Assembly (NCBI GenBank): GCA_031261505.1
Contig: JAISJN010000003.1
Span: 6,141 to 70,140 of the forward strand
Reading direction: 5' to 3'
Origin: Clostridioides sp.
Lineage (GTDB): Bacteria; Bacillota; Clostridia; Peptostreptococcales; Peptostreptococcaceae
Length of the DNA: 64,000 nt
Shown here: in pieces, positions 49,784 through 59,189 of the stretch
Layout of the letters: every line of letters begins with the position of its first letter
Numbering within the stretch: position 1 is the first letter of the stretch
Notes under the pieces: model-generated
Told to the model about the DNA's origin: nothing
Databases searched by the model: none
The model's input: the letters and a program-made list of their open reading frames with translations, nothing else
Program-made: the position numbers and the translations under genes

Positions 49784-52531
49784 CTATGCTTCTTCTTTGT
49801 TTGATAATATTCTTATTATAAACTTAACCAACTCGTTCACTACTATTACAGATATCGCTGTACCAAGTACTTTTAACCACGTATTTACATCTAGAGCAAC
49901 TGAGTTGAAGAAACTTTTAAATACCTGTGTGAACAGTACCTGCGCTAGACCAGTTGCAAGTATTATCTCTACCGCAAGCCTGTTCTTAGTGAAGTTTGGC
50001 AATATACTATCAGATCCAAACTCTCTACAGTTGAATGCATTAAACAACGCACTGAATGCGAATAAGGCAAATAAAACTGTTCCCTTTGATGCATCCGATA
50101 CTTCAAGGAAGTTGAAAGATGATTGTAATAGGATTAGAGCCGTGATATACAGGGCATTTAATACTATTGTGTACGCCATTTTTCTATTAATGATATTTGC
50201 TTCCCTATCTACTGGTTTTCTGTTGAGTACGTGTTCTCTAACTGGTTCCAGACCAAGTGCTAATGCTGGAGGTCCATCCATGATTATATTTACCCATAGT
50301 AGCTGAATAGTAGTAAATGGCATATCCTGACCTAGTATCTGAGATGCTATTGCAACCAAGAATGCTATGATATTTACTGTGAACTGGAATTGGAGGAATC
50401 TCTGGAAGTTGTCATAGATACCTCTACCCCATTTGATACCTTGAACTATAGTGCTGAAACTATCATCTGTAAGTATGATATCTGCTGCGCTCTTAGTTAC
50501 CTCTGTACCACTTATCCCCATTGCAATACCTACATCTGCCTTGGATAATGCAGGGGCGTCGTTTATACCGTCACCAGTAACCGCAACGACCTCTCCGTCT
50601 TTTTGTAGGGCTCTTACTATTCTCATCTTTGTCTCTGGCTTATTTCTAGCTACGACTCCGATACTTCTTATCTCTTCTTCCAACTCGTTGTCTGAAAGTG
50701 TATCGATGTAAGTTGCCTCTACAGCCCTCATTCCTTCTGGAAGTAGACCTAGTTCTTCTCCTATCGCCTTAGCTGTGATTATATTGTCACCTGTAAGCAT
50801 CTTGACCGCTACACCAGCGTGTCTAGCTTTCTCTACAGCGTCTAACACGTCCACTCTAAGTGGGTCTCTGATTCCTACGAATCCACTGAATACTAGGTTG
50901 TTCTCTAATAGACCGATGTTTACGAAATCGTCCTCTGTGCTTATCGCTGCTTCTTCGTCTGCTATTGTTACATCCCTATAGGCAAATCCCAAGGTTCTCA
51001 TAGATTTTACCTGTAGTTTTTTTATTTCTTTTAATACCGCTTCTTTTACATTTATAGTCATAGGAACGATTTCGTCACCTTTTTGTACATATGAGCATAG
51101 ATCTAGTATTACCTCTGGTGCTCCCTTTGTAAGTAGGATGTACTTGCCGTTGTCTTCGTACATAGATGACATCCTCTTAGTTTCTGACGAGAATGGACTC
51201 TGTGCGACTACTTCCGACTGAGCTCTTACGCTTCTGTAGTTCTTGTCGGCGTTTAATAAAAGCAAGGCGCATTCTGTAGCACTTCCGAGATACTTGATTC
51301 CATCAGCTGATTTCTCTATATCTGCAGTCGAGTTAAGTATACAGTTTTCAATGAAGTAACTGTTTGAGCTATTTATATTTACACCCTTGTCTTCACCGTC
51401 TACATGTACAAATTCTACAGTCATCCTGTTTTGTGTGAGTGTACCTGTCTTATCTGAACAGATGACAGACACTGAACCGATTGTCTCACAAGCTTCTTTC
51501 TTGGTAACAAGTGCATTGATATTTGCCATCTTCTGCATAGTGATAGCGAGTGTCATGTTTACCATTGTAGGCAACCCTTCTGGCACTGCTGCGACTATCA
51601 AGGCAACACAGACTGTAAATGCTGTCTTTGCTGGTCCTATAGATTCCATAAACGGCATAAATCCTGATACATCTAGGTTTAATACACCCTTTCTCACCAT
51701 CTGAATTATCATGAATATAAACAGCAATCCAGCTATAGCACTTGAAATTTGAGATACAAACGCTCCTAGATTTCCAAGTTTAGTCTGTAGTGGAGTCTGC
51801 TCTTCAGATCCTGTAAGATTACCTGCTATCTGACCCATTTCACTGGCGTCACCGATAGATGTTACAACCAGTTGACCTCTACCATAGGCTACAAGGGTAC
51901 CACCAAATACCATGTTTATCTGTTTCGCAGGTATTGGATCCTGTATCATTATTTCTCCTCTGGCGTCGATTCTCTCTTCGTCTATTAACACATCGCTCTT
52001 TTTAGAAACGTCATCCGATTCCCCTGTGAGCATATCTTCTCTTATTTTTAGGTTTACACTTTCTATAAGTCTACCATCGGCTGGAACCATATCGCCAGTT
52101 TCTATATGTACTATATCTCCTGGTACTAGTTCGCTTTTTGATACTTGACGCACCTTGCCGTCTCTGAGTGCCCTTACCTCTATGTTTTCAGTCATCTTTG
52201 ACAATGCGTCGGCTGCCTTCTTGGATTTTCCCTCGGTAATCATTCCTATTGCTATACCGATGATTATTGCTGCTATAATACCTATAGCGTCGTGTACCTC
52301 TCCTATAAGTGCACTCACCAAAGCTGCAATTATAAGTATCACAATCATAGGCTCTAAAAGTGCATCTTTTAACTTATCGAAGAAGCTCTCCTCTTCCTTT
52401 GGTGTGAACTCGTTGAGGCCGTACTTTTCTCTTCTCGTCTTGATTTCGCCATCGTCTAACCCGCACTCCGGATCGACCGATAACTCATCCAGGACTTCAT
52501 TCACTTTACTATTATAATACTTCATTATCAA
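49784..52531 (-). CDS. P-type ATPase, Ca2+-transporting (P2) type
   Basis: CSDKTGTLT, PEGLP (TM4), TGDN, GDGINDAPAL, NIIMDGPPA (TM6); 915 aa. Confidence 0.92.
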   Translation of the reverse strand: MIMKYYNSKVNEVLDELSVDPECGLDDGEIKTRREKYGLNEFTPKEEESFFDKLKDALLEPMIVILIIAALVSALIGEVHDAIGIIAAIIIGIAIGMITEGKSKKAADALSKMTENIEVRALRDGKVRQVSKSELVPGDIVHIETGDMVPADGRLIESVNLKIREDMLTGESDDVSKKSDVLIDEERIDARGEIMIQDPIPAKQINMVFGGTLVAYGRGQLVVTSIGDASEMGQIAGNLTGSEEQTPLQTKLGNLGAFVSQISSAIAGLLFIFMIIQMVRKGVLNLDVSGFMPFMESIGPAKTAFTVCVALIVAAVPEGLPTMVNMTLAITMQKMANINALVTKKEACETIGSVSVICSDKTGTLTQNRMTVEFVHVDGEDKGVNINSSNSYFIENCILNSTADIEKSADGIKYLGSATECALLLLNADKNYRSVRAQSEVVAQSPFSSETKRMSSMYEDNGKYILLTKGAPEVILDLCSYVQKGDEIVPMTINVKEAVLKEIKKLQVKSMRTLGFAYRDVTIADEEAAISTEDDFVNIGLLENNLVFSGFVGIRDPLRVDVLDAVEKARHAGVAVKMLTGDNIITAKAIGEELGLLPEGMRAVEATYIDTLSDNELEEEIRSIGVVARNKPETKMRIVRALQKDGEVVAVTGDGINDAPALSKADVGIAMGISGTEVTKSAADIILTDDSFSTIVQGIKWGRGIYDNFQRFLQFQFTVNIIAFLVAIASQILGQDMPFTTIQLLWVNIIMDGPPALALGLEPVREHVLNRKPVDREANIINRKMAYTIVLNALYITALILLQSSFNFLEVSDASKGTVLFALFAFSALFNAFNCREFGSDSILPNFTKNRLAVEIILATGLAQVLFTQVFKSFFNSVALDVNTWLKVLGTAISVIVVNELVKFIIRILSNKEEA

Positions 52532-52561
52532 TATCCTTCTCTTTTTTTAGTCTTATTTAAA

Positions 52562-53179
52562 TTAGAAACTTATAGAGCTCAAATTTCTGAGTACTTCTGT
52601 CAAGCTTGCAAATTTATATCCTTCACCTATCGCTTCAAACTCCCAGCTTCCATTTTTTCTAAAGATACAGCCTACTACTAGAGTTGTCTTGTCAGCATAA
52701 TTATCAGATAGATTGTACTTGACTATCTCTTTTCCGCTCTTTTGATCCACAACTCTTATAAATGCATTCTTTATCATTCCGAAATCTTGGTTTCTCTTTA
52801 TGCAGTCGTATATATTTACTATGAATAGAAGTTTTTCTATTCTGCCAGGTACGCTGTCAAGGTCTACGAGTATCTGTTCATCGTCGCCAGCGCCATCTCC
52901 TGTAAGGTTGTCACCAGTATGAATTACCGAATTATCTCTGCTCTTTAGGTTAGCAAAGTATATAAAATCTTTTACATTACCTAAGGCTCCATTTGAATCT
53001 AACATGAACACCGATGCATCACAGTCTATATCCGGTGCACCCATCCCAACTAATTTTTTGAAAAATCCTCCGCTAGATGCTGAAACTGGATCCCAGCCTA
53101 GTCCAACCAATATTTTACTTAGACCTGGATTTGACTTCCTAAGGTCTATCTTCTCACCTTTAGCTAAATTAATAGACAT
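52562..53179 (-). CDS. terD: TerD-family stress protein (longer paralogue)
   Basis: LAKGEKIDL...GLGWD...GDNLTGDGAGDDEQI. Confidence 0.9.
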   Translation of the reverse strand: MSINLAKGEKIDLRKSNPGLSKILVGLGWDPVSASSGGFFKKLVGMGAPDIDCDASVFMLDSNGALGNVKDFIYFANLKSRDNSVIHTGDNLTGDGAGDDEQILVDLDSVPGRIEKLLFIVNIYDCIKRNQDFGMIKNAFIRVVDQKSGKEIVKYNLSDNYADKTTLVVGCIFRKNGSWEFEAIGEGYKFASLTEVLRNLSSISF

Positions 53180-53196
53180 ACTTTCCCTCCTGACTC

Positions 53197-53775
53197 CTAT
53201 ACGCTAAGTCCATAGTTTCTGCAAAGTGATTCTAGGCCACCTTCGAAACCTGCACCCACTGCGCTAAATTTCCATTCTCCATTGTATTTATATATCTCAC
53301 AAACGGTTATTGCTGTCTCTACGCTGAATTCTTCGCCTAGGTCATATCTTAATATCTCTTCATCATCTGCTGTATTCAACACTCTGACATAAGAATTTGA
53401 AACCTGTCCAAAGTTCTGTCTTCTCTCCTCAGCCTCATAAATTGTAACTGTTACCGCTATTCTCTCTATATGGTTAGGCATTGCTGGAAAGTCTACTATT
53501 ATTTCCTCGTCATCTCCATCGCCTTCTCCTGTCCTGTTGTCTCCAAGATGTTCTACTGCACCTGAGGTGTGTTTCAGATTATTGTAGAATATAAAGTCTT
53601 CATCATGCTCAACCCTCTTTGAATTTCCAACCATGAAAACACTTACGTCTAGGTCGAAATCGTTACCGCTATCAAAAGAGTTCGTATCCCATCCAAGTCC
53701 TAATTTTATCTTCTTCAGTCCTGGATTACCTTTAGTTAAATCAATTTTTTGACCTTTTTTTAAAACTATCGCCAT
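53197..53775 (-). CDS. terD: TerD-family stress protein
   Basis: LKKGQKIDL...GLGWD...[15 protein letters not shown]. Confidence 0.93.
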   Translation of the reverse strand: MAIVLKKGQKIDLTKGNPGLKKIKLGLGWDTNSFDSGNDFDLDVSVFMVGNSKRVEHDEDFIFYNNLKHTSGAVEHLGDNRTGEGDGDDEEIIVDFPAMPNHIERIAVTVTIYEAEERRQNFGQVSNSYVRVLNTADDEEILRYDLGEEFSVETAITVCEIYKYNGEWKFSAVGAGFEGGLESLCRNYGLSV

Positions 53776-53831
53776 TAGTTCTCCCCCTATCCTTTTTCTG
53801 TATCGCCTTTGTATATGATACTATTTTTATT

Positions 53832-54410
53832 CTATAGATTTATGCCAAAATTGCCGCAAAGGGCCTCTAGTCCACCTTCAAATCCCGATCCTAGGGCGTT
53901 AAATTTCCATTCGCTGCCGTGTCTGTATATATCTGCGACTACTACAGCTGTCTCAATGCTGAAATCTTCGCCTAGTTCGTATTTTATGAGTTCTTCATTT
54001 GTATCGTTGTTTACTATTCTTATAAATGAATTTTCTACCTGACCGAAGTTCTGTCTTCTTGAAACTGCATCGTGTATAGTCACAGTAAATGAAATCTTGT
54101 CTATTGTAGATGGTATCTTTGACAAGTCTATTAAAAGTTGTTCATCGTCTCCCTCACCTTCACCAGTCCTGTTGTCACCTAGATGTTCTATTGCACCTGA
54201 GGTGTGTTTTAGATTATTGTAGAATATGAAATCTCCATCGTTTGTAACCTTTCCATTTGATCCAGTTAAAAATGCCGCTGAATCCAAATCGAAGTCTGAG
54301 CCTCCATCGTATTTATTTGTGTCCCAACCAAGACCTACTAGTATATTTTTTAGACCTGGGTTAGATTTAGTCAAGTCTACCTTTTGTCCTTTTGCCAAAG
54401 TTATTGCCAT
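53832..54410 (-). CDS. terD: TerD-family stress protein
   Basis: LAKGQKVDL...GLGWD...[15 protein letters not shown]. Confidence 0.93.
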   Translation of the reverse strand: MAITLAKGQKVDLTKSNPGLKNILVGLGWDTNKYDGGSDFDLDSAAFLTGSNGKVTNDGDFIFYNNLKHTSGAIEHLGDNRTGEGEGDDEQLLIDLSKIPSTIDKISFTVTIHDAVSRRQNFGQVENSFIRIVNNDTNEELIKYELGEDFSIETAVVVADIYRHGSEWKFNALGSGFEGGLEALCGNFGINL

Positions 54411-54578
54411 ATTAACCCCTCCTCAATTTAGAGACCTAAGTCTCCTAAGATATCAATAAAAAAGTGAAATTTTGTATTCTCTTACACTTTTTCTTAATTG
54501 TGAAATATTTATACTCATTATATCATTTTTTTATTGCAAAGTACTGTTTTTAATCTTTTTCTAATCTTATTTTTAGAA

Positions 54579-55403
54579 TCACCTTACATGGTTTTTCTCA
54601 ATTACATTTTCAATCACCATATAAAACATTACCGAAACCAAGATGAAACAAATTCCAATTATATTGTATCCACCTCCGAAAATCAATGAAATGTCTGGCA
54701 CAGTGTCAGGCATCATCTGCATGGCGATTACGGATATAGAATTGTTTATAAAATGAAGCATCATCGCTGGGTATATCGATCCCGCCCTATATGCTGAGTA
54801 CGCAAATAAGACGCCTAGAATTGCTGTCGGTATCACCCTTATTAAATTATAGTGCAAAGATCCAAATAGAATTGAGCTTCCTAAAATAGCTAGAGCTACG
54901 GCTGTTTTTTTCGAAGTCTTAGTAGTCTGCACATTCTTAAACGCAGAGAATATAAATCCTCTAAATAGAAGTTCTTCGCATATAGCTGGAGTTCCTGCAG
55001 TTATAAGTATGTTAAATAACAGACCTCCGTCAAAGTTCAACGCCTTATTTAGCGAGTCTACCACCTCAGTACTGTTTGGTACTACATTTATCAGTATGGC
55101 CGTAACCATGAGTATAATCACATAGCCGGATATATATATGCCAAGCGCTAAGAATACGTATTTTAACTTTGGAACCCTTAGTTGAAATACCTCTTTTAAA
55201 TCTGCCTTGATGTATAGCGAATATATAATTGGTATCGACGCTAATACAAGCTCGGTGGCGACTATCCCTCCAGTCGGATGAGTGTACTGCAGGTACGCAC
55301 CAATGGTAAATAGAAATACCAATGCCAATAAGTACGCAATCAAACCGTCTCCCGGCCTAGGCATACTTTTATTTTCTATATTTGATCTCCTCGTGAACAG
55401 CAT
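54579..55403 (-). CDS. CPBP-family (CAAX-type) intramembrane metalloprotease
   Basis: EELLFRG (motif 1), FGSLH (motif 2), HFINN (motif 3). I trimmed the start to ATG 55403 to avoid overlap with the GIY-YIG gene. The track ORF begins at 55496. Confidence 0.85.
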   Translation of the reverse strand: MLFTRRSNIENKSMPRPGDGLIAYLLALVFLFTIGAYLQYTHPTGGIVATELVLASIPIIYSLYIKADLKEVFQLRVPKLKYVFLALGIYISGYVIILMVTAILINVVPNSTEVVDSLNKALNFDGGLLFNILITAGTPAICEELLFRGFIFSAFKNVQTTKTSKKTAVALAILGSSILFGSLHYNLIRVIPTAILGVLFAYSAYRAGSIYPAMMLHFINNSISVIAMQMMPDTVPDISLIFGGGYNIIGICFILVSVMFYMVIENVIEKNHVR

Positions 55404-55422
55404 GAATTTCTTATCCAAATTA

Positions 55423-55746
55423 TCACTCCTCTCCAACTGCAAATTTTTCTGTAAATTCACAGACTTCGTACTCCGCAAAGTCCTCGAAATAATCACTGAG
55501 CTTGTCTGGATTTTTAATTAATATAAGTTTTTTATTTCTGCTGAGCTTCTTTATCCCGTATTCGAGTTTCATAGCCTTGCTTTTGGAATCGCTGCCAAAC
55601 AATGCCTCTAAGTCTGAAAATCCCCTAGCCCTGGTATATTTAGAGTTAATTCCATTCCTATGTTCCCCTAATCTTCTTTTAATATCCGTTGTGTATCCAG
55701 TGTATAGACTTCCGTCCTTACAGCTTATTATGTACGTGTAAAACAA
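55423..55746 (-). CDS. small GIY-YIG nuclease-family protein
   Basis: FYTYIISCKDGSLYTGYTTDIKRRLGEHRNG. TTG start after GGGGG. Confidence 0.88.
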   Translation of the reverse strand: MFYTYIISCKDGSLYTGYTTDIKRRLGEHRNGINSKYTRARGFSDLEALFGSDSKSKAMKLEYGIKKLSRNKKLILIKNPDKLSDYFEDFAEYEVCEFTEKFAVGEE

Positions 55747-55931
55747 ACTTTCTTACCCCCAATCAACTTTGGCTTCGGTGTACTCCAACCATTAAATCTC
55801 CATTTAGCCTTCTAACTCGCAGCGCTTTGTATTGCACCGCCCAGTCGAACTGCTAATTCGAACTTCTAAGTTGAGCCACACCTTGATAATTACAGTATAT
55901 CATTATTCATAAATACTAAACAGCCTAAAAT

Positions 55932-56007
55932 GGGGATAGGCACTCATATCGCTGTTCGCCTTCGGTATTACGCCGATTGTCAAACGAGCGGTATGAGCGC
56001 CTATCCC
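55932..56007 (-). terminator. unusually long imperfect hairpin downstream of cysE (terminator or small structured RNA)
   Basis: The minus strand GGGAUAGGCGCUCAUACCGCUCG...CGAACAGCGAUAUGAGUGCCUAUCCCC is followed by AUUUUAGG. Confidence 0.4.
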
Positions 56008-56058
56008 AAGTACAGATGCAACAACCATCAGACATTTCATTCACCTTCCTTATACTCC

Positions 56059-56619
56059 TTATAGACTTCTTAAAAAAGGATGGTTCTCAATGTGATTGTT
56101 CACATTATTCTTTCTCACAATTCTTCCCGGTATTCCTACTACTGTCACGTTATCTGGAACATCATCGAGTACAACTGCATTTGCCCCTATCTTTGTATTG
56201 GAACCGATATTTACAGGTCCTAGCACCTTGGCTCCAGCTCCTATAAACACGTCGTCTCCAACTGTTGGATGCCTCTTACCAGTGTCCTTACCCGTTCCAC
56301 CTAAGGTAGCTCCGTGGTAGATAGTAACCCTGTTTCCGACTTCTGCAGTCTCTCCTATAACTACACCCATGCCATGGTCTATCAATATACTATCTCCCAT
56401 CTTTGCACCTGGGTGAATTTCTATTCCAGTAAAAAACCTCGAGATCTGTGATAACAATCTAGCTGTGAAAAATCTTTTTCTCTTGTACAGAGCATGAGAC
56501 CATCTATGAACAATCCTAGCGTGTACGCTTGGATAGAGTAGAAATACTTCTATCTTTTTCATAGACGCTGGATCGTTTTCTATTATATATTCTATATCTT
56601 TTTTTATTCCATTAAACAT
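56059..56619 (-). CDS. cysE: serine O-acetyltransferase
   Basis: Hexapeptide repeats and [16 protein letters not shown]; 186 aa. Confidence 0.93.
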   Translation of the reverse strand: MFNGIKKDIEYIIENDPASMKKIEVFLLYPSVHARIVHRWSHALYKRKRFFTARLLSQISRFFTGIEIHPGAKMGDSILIDHGMGVVIGETAEVGNRVTIYHGATLGGTGKDTGKRHPTVGDDVFIGAGAKVLGPVNIGSNTKIGANAVVLDDVPDNVTVVGIPGRIVRKNNVNNHIENHPFLRSL

Positions 56620-56644
56620 CGAAATACTCCCCCTAATTTTTTGC

Positions 56645-57547
56645 TTATTCTATTATACCCATGGACATGTATTTGTCGATTCCATCGGGTGCAACTGTCA
56701 CTATTTTTTTGCCAGGGTTGTTTTTCGCTACCTGTATAGCTGCAAATATATTTGCCCCAGATGAGATTCCAACTAATATACCTTCCTTCTTTGCCAATAC
56801 TCGTACTGTATCGAATGCATCGTCGTCATCGACTGTTATTATTTCATCCACTAGGTCGGCGTCGTAGTTCTTAGGTACAAAATTTGCGCCTATTCCCTGG
56901 ATTTTATGTGGTCCAAACTCTCCCTTTGAAATTAGAGGTGATTTTGTTGGCTCTACCGCTATTACTTTTACATTTGGATTTTTTTCTTTTAGGTATTTTG
57001 CTATACCAGCTAGAGTACCTCCAGTTCCTACACTGATTACCACTATATCTACATCTGGTAGGTCTGAGTATATTTCTTTTGCCGTAGTATTGTAATGTAT
57101 CTTAGGATTGTCTTCGTTCTCAAATTGTTTTAGAGATTTGTAGTTTGGATTCTCCACTAGCAGGTCTTCCGCTTTTTTAACGGCACCGTCCATGCCTTCC
57201 TTGCCGTCTGTCAATATAAGTTCGGCACCGTATGCCTTCATTAGATTTCTTCTCTCTACGCTCATTGTTTCTGGCATAACTATCAGCACTTCATACCCCT
57301 TTGTCTTTCCAATCATGGATAATGCTATCCCTGTATTTCCACTTGTAGCCTCTACAAGTACATCTCCAGGATTTAACTCTCCTCTTTCCTCCATTCCCTC
57401 TAACATTCCAAGCACTGCCCTATCCTTCACGCTACCACCTGGATTTACTTTTTCTAATTTTACGTATACCTCGCTGTCTAGCTCTAAGTTGCCCAGTTTA
57501 TACAACGGTGTGTTCCCTATTAGCTGCAGTACATTTTCATATATCAT
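56645..57547 (-). CDS. cysK: cysteine synthase A (O-acetylserine sulfhydrylase)
   Basis: NPGGSVKDR (PLP lysine), TSGNTG, GTGGT; 300 aa. Confidence 0.95.
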   Translation of the reverse strand: MIYENVLQLIGNTPLYKLGNLELDSEVYVKLEKVNPGGSVKDRAVLGMLEGMEERGELNPGDVLVEATSGNTGIALSMIGKTKGYEVLIVMPETMSVERRNLMKAYGAELILTDGKEGMDGAVKKAEDLLVENPNYKSLKQFENEDNPKIHYNTTAKEIYSDLPDVDIVVISVGTGGTLAGIAKYLKEKNPNVKVIAVEPTKSPLISKGEFGPHKIQGIGANFVPKNYDADLVDEIITVDDDDAFDTVRVLAKKEGILVGISSGANIFAAIQVAKNNPGKKIVTVAPDGIDKYMSMGIIE

Positions 57548-57589
57548 TTCATTTCCCCCTAGATTGAATTAATCGCTATCGTCTTTTAA

Positions 57590-57604
57590 TTATCATTTTG
57601 ATAA
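57590..57604. promoter_or_regulatory. 15-bp palindrome TTATCATTTTGATAA, copy 1 (candidate operator, downstream of the predicted -10)
   Basis: Perfect inverted repeat, nested inside a larger CTATCGT...ACGATAG inverted repeat. Confidence 0.5.
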
Positions 57605-57614
57605 CGATAGTTAT

Positions 57615-57643
57615 ATTATACAATTATCATTTTGATAATGCAA
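57615..57643 (-). promoter_or_regulatory. sigma-A-type promoter of cysK-cysE
   Basis: Minus strand TTGCAT, 17 nt spacer, TATAAT. Confidence 0.6.
57624..57638. promoter_or_regulatory. 15-bp palindrome TTATCATTTTGATAA, copy 2 (candidate operator filling the -35/-10 spacer)
   Basis: Identical 15-mer to copy 1, 34 bp away. Confidence 0.5.
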
Positions 57644-57880
57644 GTGTTTTTTGATATCTAGTGTTTTTAATAGAATTGAATTTGCAAAAATAACCTGTAC
57701 AGCTATCCTGTGAGCTTTAGTATTGCTAAACAAAAAATAAATTTTTAAAAACTCAAGGCTTATTTTAACTAAACTATTTATCAATATTTGTAAACTCAAA
57801 AATCTAACCCTTCCTTTAAGCCTTGCAGCGACTCCAAATACAAGATTATAAATATATTCTGCTTTTTTGAAAATTTTAAC

Positions 57881-57909
57881 TTGATTATATTAGCTTATTA
57901 TTGTATAAT
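57881..57909 (+). promoter_or_regulatory. sigma-A-type promoter for the YitT-family gene
   Basis: TTGATT, 17 nt spacer, TATAAT. Confidence 0.6.
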
Positions 57910-58043
57910 ATTTGTTTTCTGGAAACCGGGGTGTACAAATGTTTATTTTAGATATATAATAAGTGAAAGTCCTGGAAACACTTTATTACAGAATAATACT
58001 GTTCCTAAATTAGGACTTACAAACAATGAAGGGATGTTTTATT

Positions 58044-58664
58044 ATGATAAGCCGGACGAATGTAGAAAGACTATTGTTGATAATAGTAGGATCTTTCATC
58101 TTGGCCTTTAGTATGTACAATTTTTATTATCTAAACAATATAACAGAAGGAGGAGTTCTCGGGATACTGTTGCTTCTAAAAAACTTATTCAACATTAAAC
58201 CGTCTATTGCGAATATAATTATAGATTATTCTCTATTCGCACTTGGGTATAAGTTCTTTGGAAAGAAATTCTTCATATCTTCGATTATTGCATCTGCGTG
58301 TTTTTCGGTCTTCTACTCTTTATTTGAGTCTATTGGACCTATATTGCCAGCTCAACACAACCTACTGATTTCTACGATTCTCGCAGGAACAACGGTTGGT
58401 ATAGGGGCAGGACTCGTCGTTAGGGCTGGATGTGCTGCTGGTGGAGACGATGCTCTTGCACTTATAATTTCAAAGCACACTAGATTGACGCTAGGCAGCG
58501 TTTATATGATTGCAGACTGCAGCATACTTCTATTGTCTCTGCTCTATCTATCGGGTATGGACGTCTTGTACTCCGTGATAGCCGTTACAATAAGTGGAAG
58601 GGTCATCGACCTCATATACAGAGGTGGCTCGTTTGCCGATCCAAAGCCAGTTGCTGGAGCTTAG
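58044..58664 (+). CDS. YitT-family membrane protein
   Basis: Multi-TM protein with GGVLGILLL...GTTVGIGAGLVVRAGCAAGGDD. ATG 58044 follows GAAGGGA. The track ORF begins at 58026. Confidence 0.85.
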   Translation: MISRTNVERLLLIIVGSFILAFSMYNFYYLNNITEGGVLGILLLLKNLFNIKPSIANIIIDYSLFALGYKFFGKKFFISSIIASACFSVFYSLFESIGPILPAQHNLLISTILAGTTVGIGAGLVVRAGCAAGGDDALALIISKHTRLTLGSVYMIADCSILLLSLLYLSGMDVLYSVIAVTISGRVIDLIYRGGSFADPKPVAGA

Positions 58665-58705
58665 TTTAATTAAATAAATACTTAAATTTAGTATAACCTA
58701 ATATG

Positions 58706-58745
58706 GGTGCTTCCAGTCTGGATGATTGGAAACACCTTTTTAAAA
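58706..58745 (+). terminator. rho-independent terminator after the YitT-family gene
   Basis: GGTGCTTCCA...TGGAAACACC followed by TTTTT. Confidence 0.6.
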
Positions 58746-58826
58746 TCTAAAAAGAACCTGCACAGATAAACTGGCAGGCCCTTTTTGTGTTTTGTTGAAT
58801 TTTATGATGTGAACTTTGTACCGGTC

Positions 58827-59189
58827 TTAATACCAGTCATCGCAGCCTCTATGGCATCTGCGTCTGCAGTCCCAGTCTCTATGATGTTTGTGTCCACAGC
58901 TACAGTCATTATAACATCCGTCGTATTCATAGTCATTGTACTCATTAGGATCGAACATGTTTCTGTATGAATAACTATGACAACCATTTTTATGTCTTGG
59001 TTTTGGTTCTGGTTTAACGAATATTGGTCTGACACCATGATGTCCACAAACTGTTACATGACCGCTGCCTGGATGACAGTGTTGAGTTTTGCTCCAGTGG
59101 AAGTTGCGAGCAGTGCTGTCACATGGATCACTACAAGAATTGTTACAAGAGTTGTTGCAAGAATTGTTACAAAATTTATTACAAGCCAT
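58827..59189 (-). CDS. Cys/His-rich small protein with a triple CNNS repeat
   Basis: MACNKFCNNSCNNSCNNSCSDPC...CHPGSGH...CGHH...CSCGHKHHRDWDCRRRCHRGC. ATG 59189 lies 9 nt after AAAGGGGA, and a hairpin terminator lies downstream. Confidence 0.65.
   Translation of the reverse strand: MACNKFCNNSCNNSCNNSCSDPCDSTARNFHWSKTQHCHPGSGHVTVCGHHGVRPIFVKPEPKPRHKNGCHSYSYRNMFDPNEYNDYEYDGCYNDCSCGHKHHRDWDCRRRCHRGCDDWY

Noticed and set aside
55760-56058. Considered SRP RNA, 6S RNA or a glycine riboswitch, because of the long hairpin and a CACCGAAG segment.
   Set aside because: There is no GGAA tetraloop or AGCA symmetric-loop signature of the SRP domain. There is no extended 6S-like closing stem with a central bubble. 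The glycine-riboswitch core (CUCUGGAGAG...ACCGAAGGGGCAA) is absent. It is kept only as an unexplained structured region.
57611-57799. 62-aa minus-strand ORF in the cysK upstream region.
   Set aside because: It spans the predicted promoter and operator region. It has no RBS and gives an I/L/K-rich nonsense translation.
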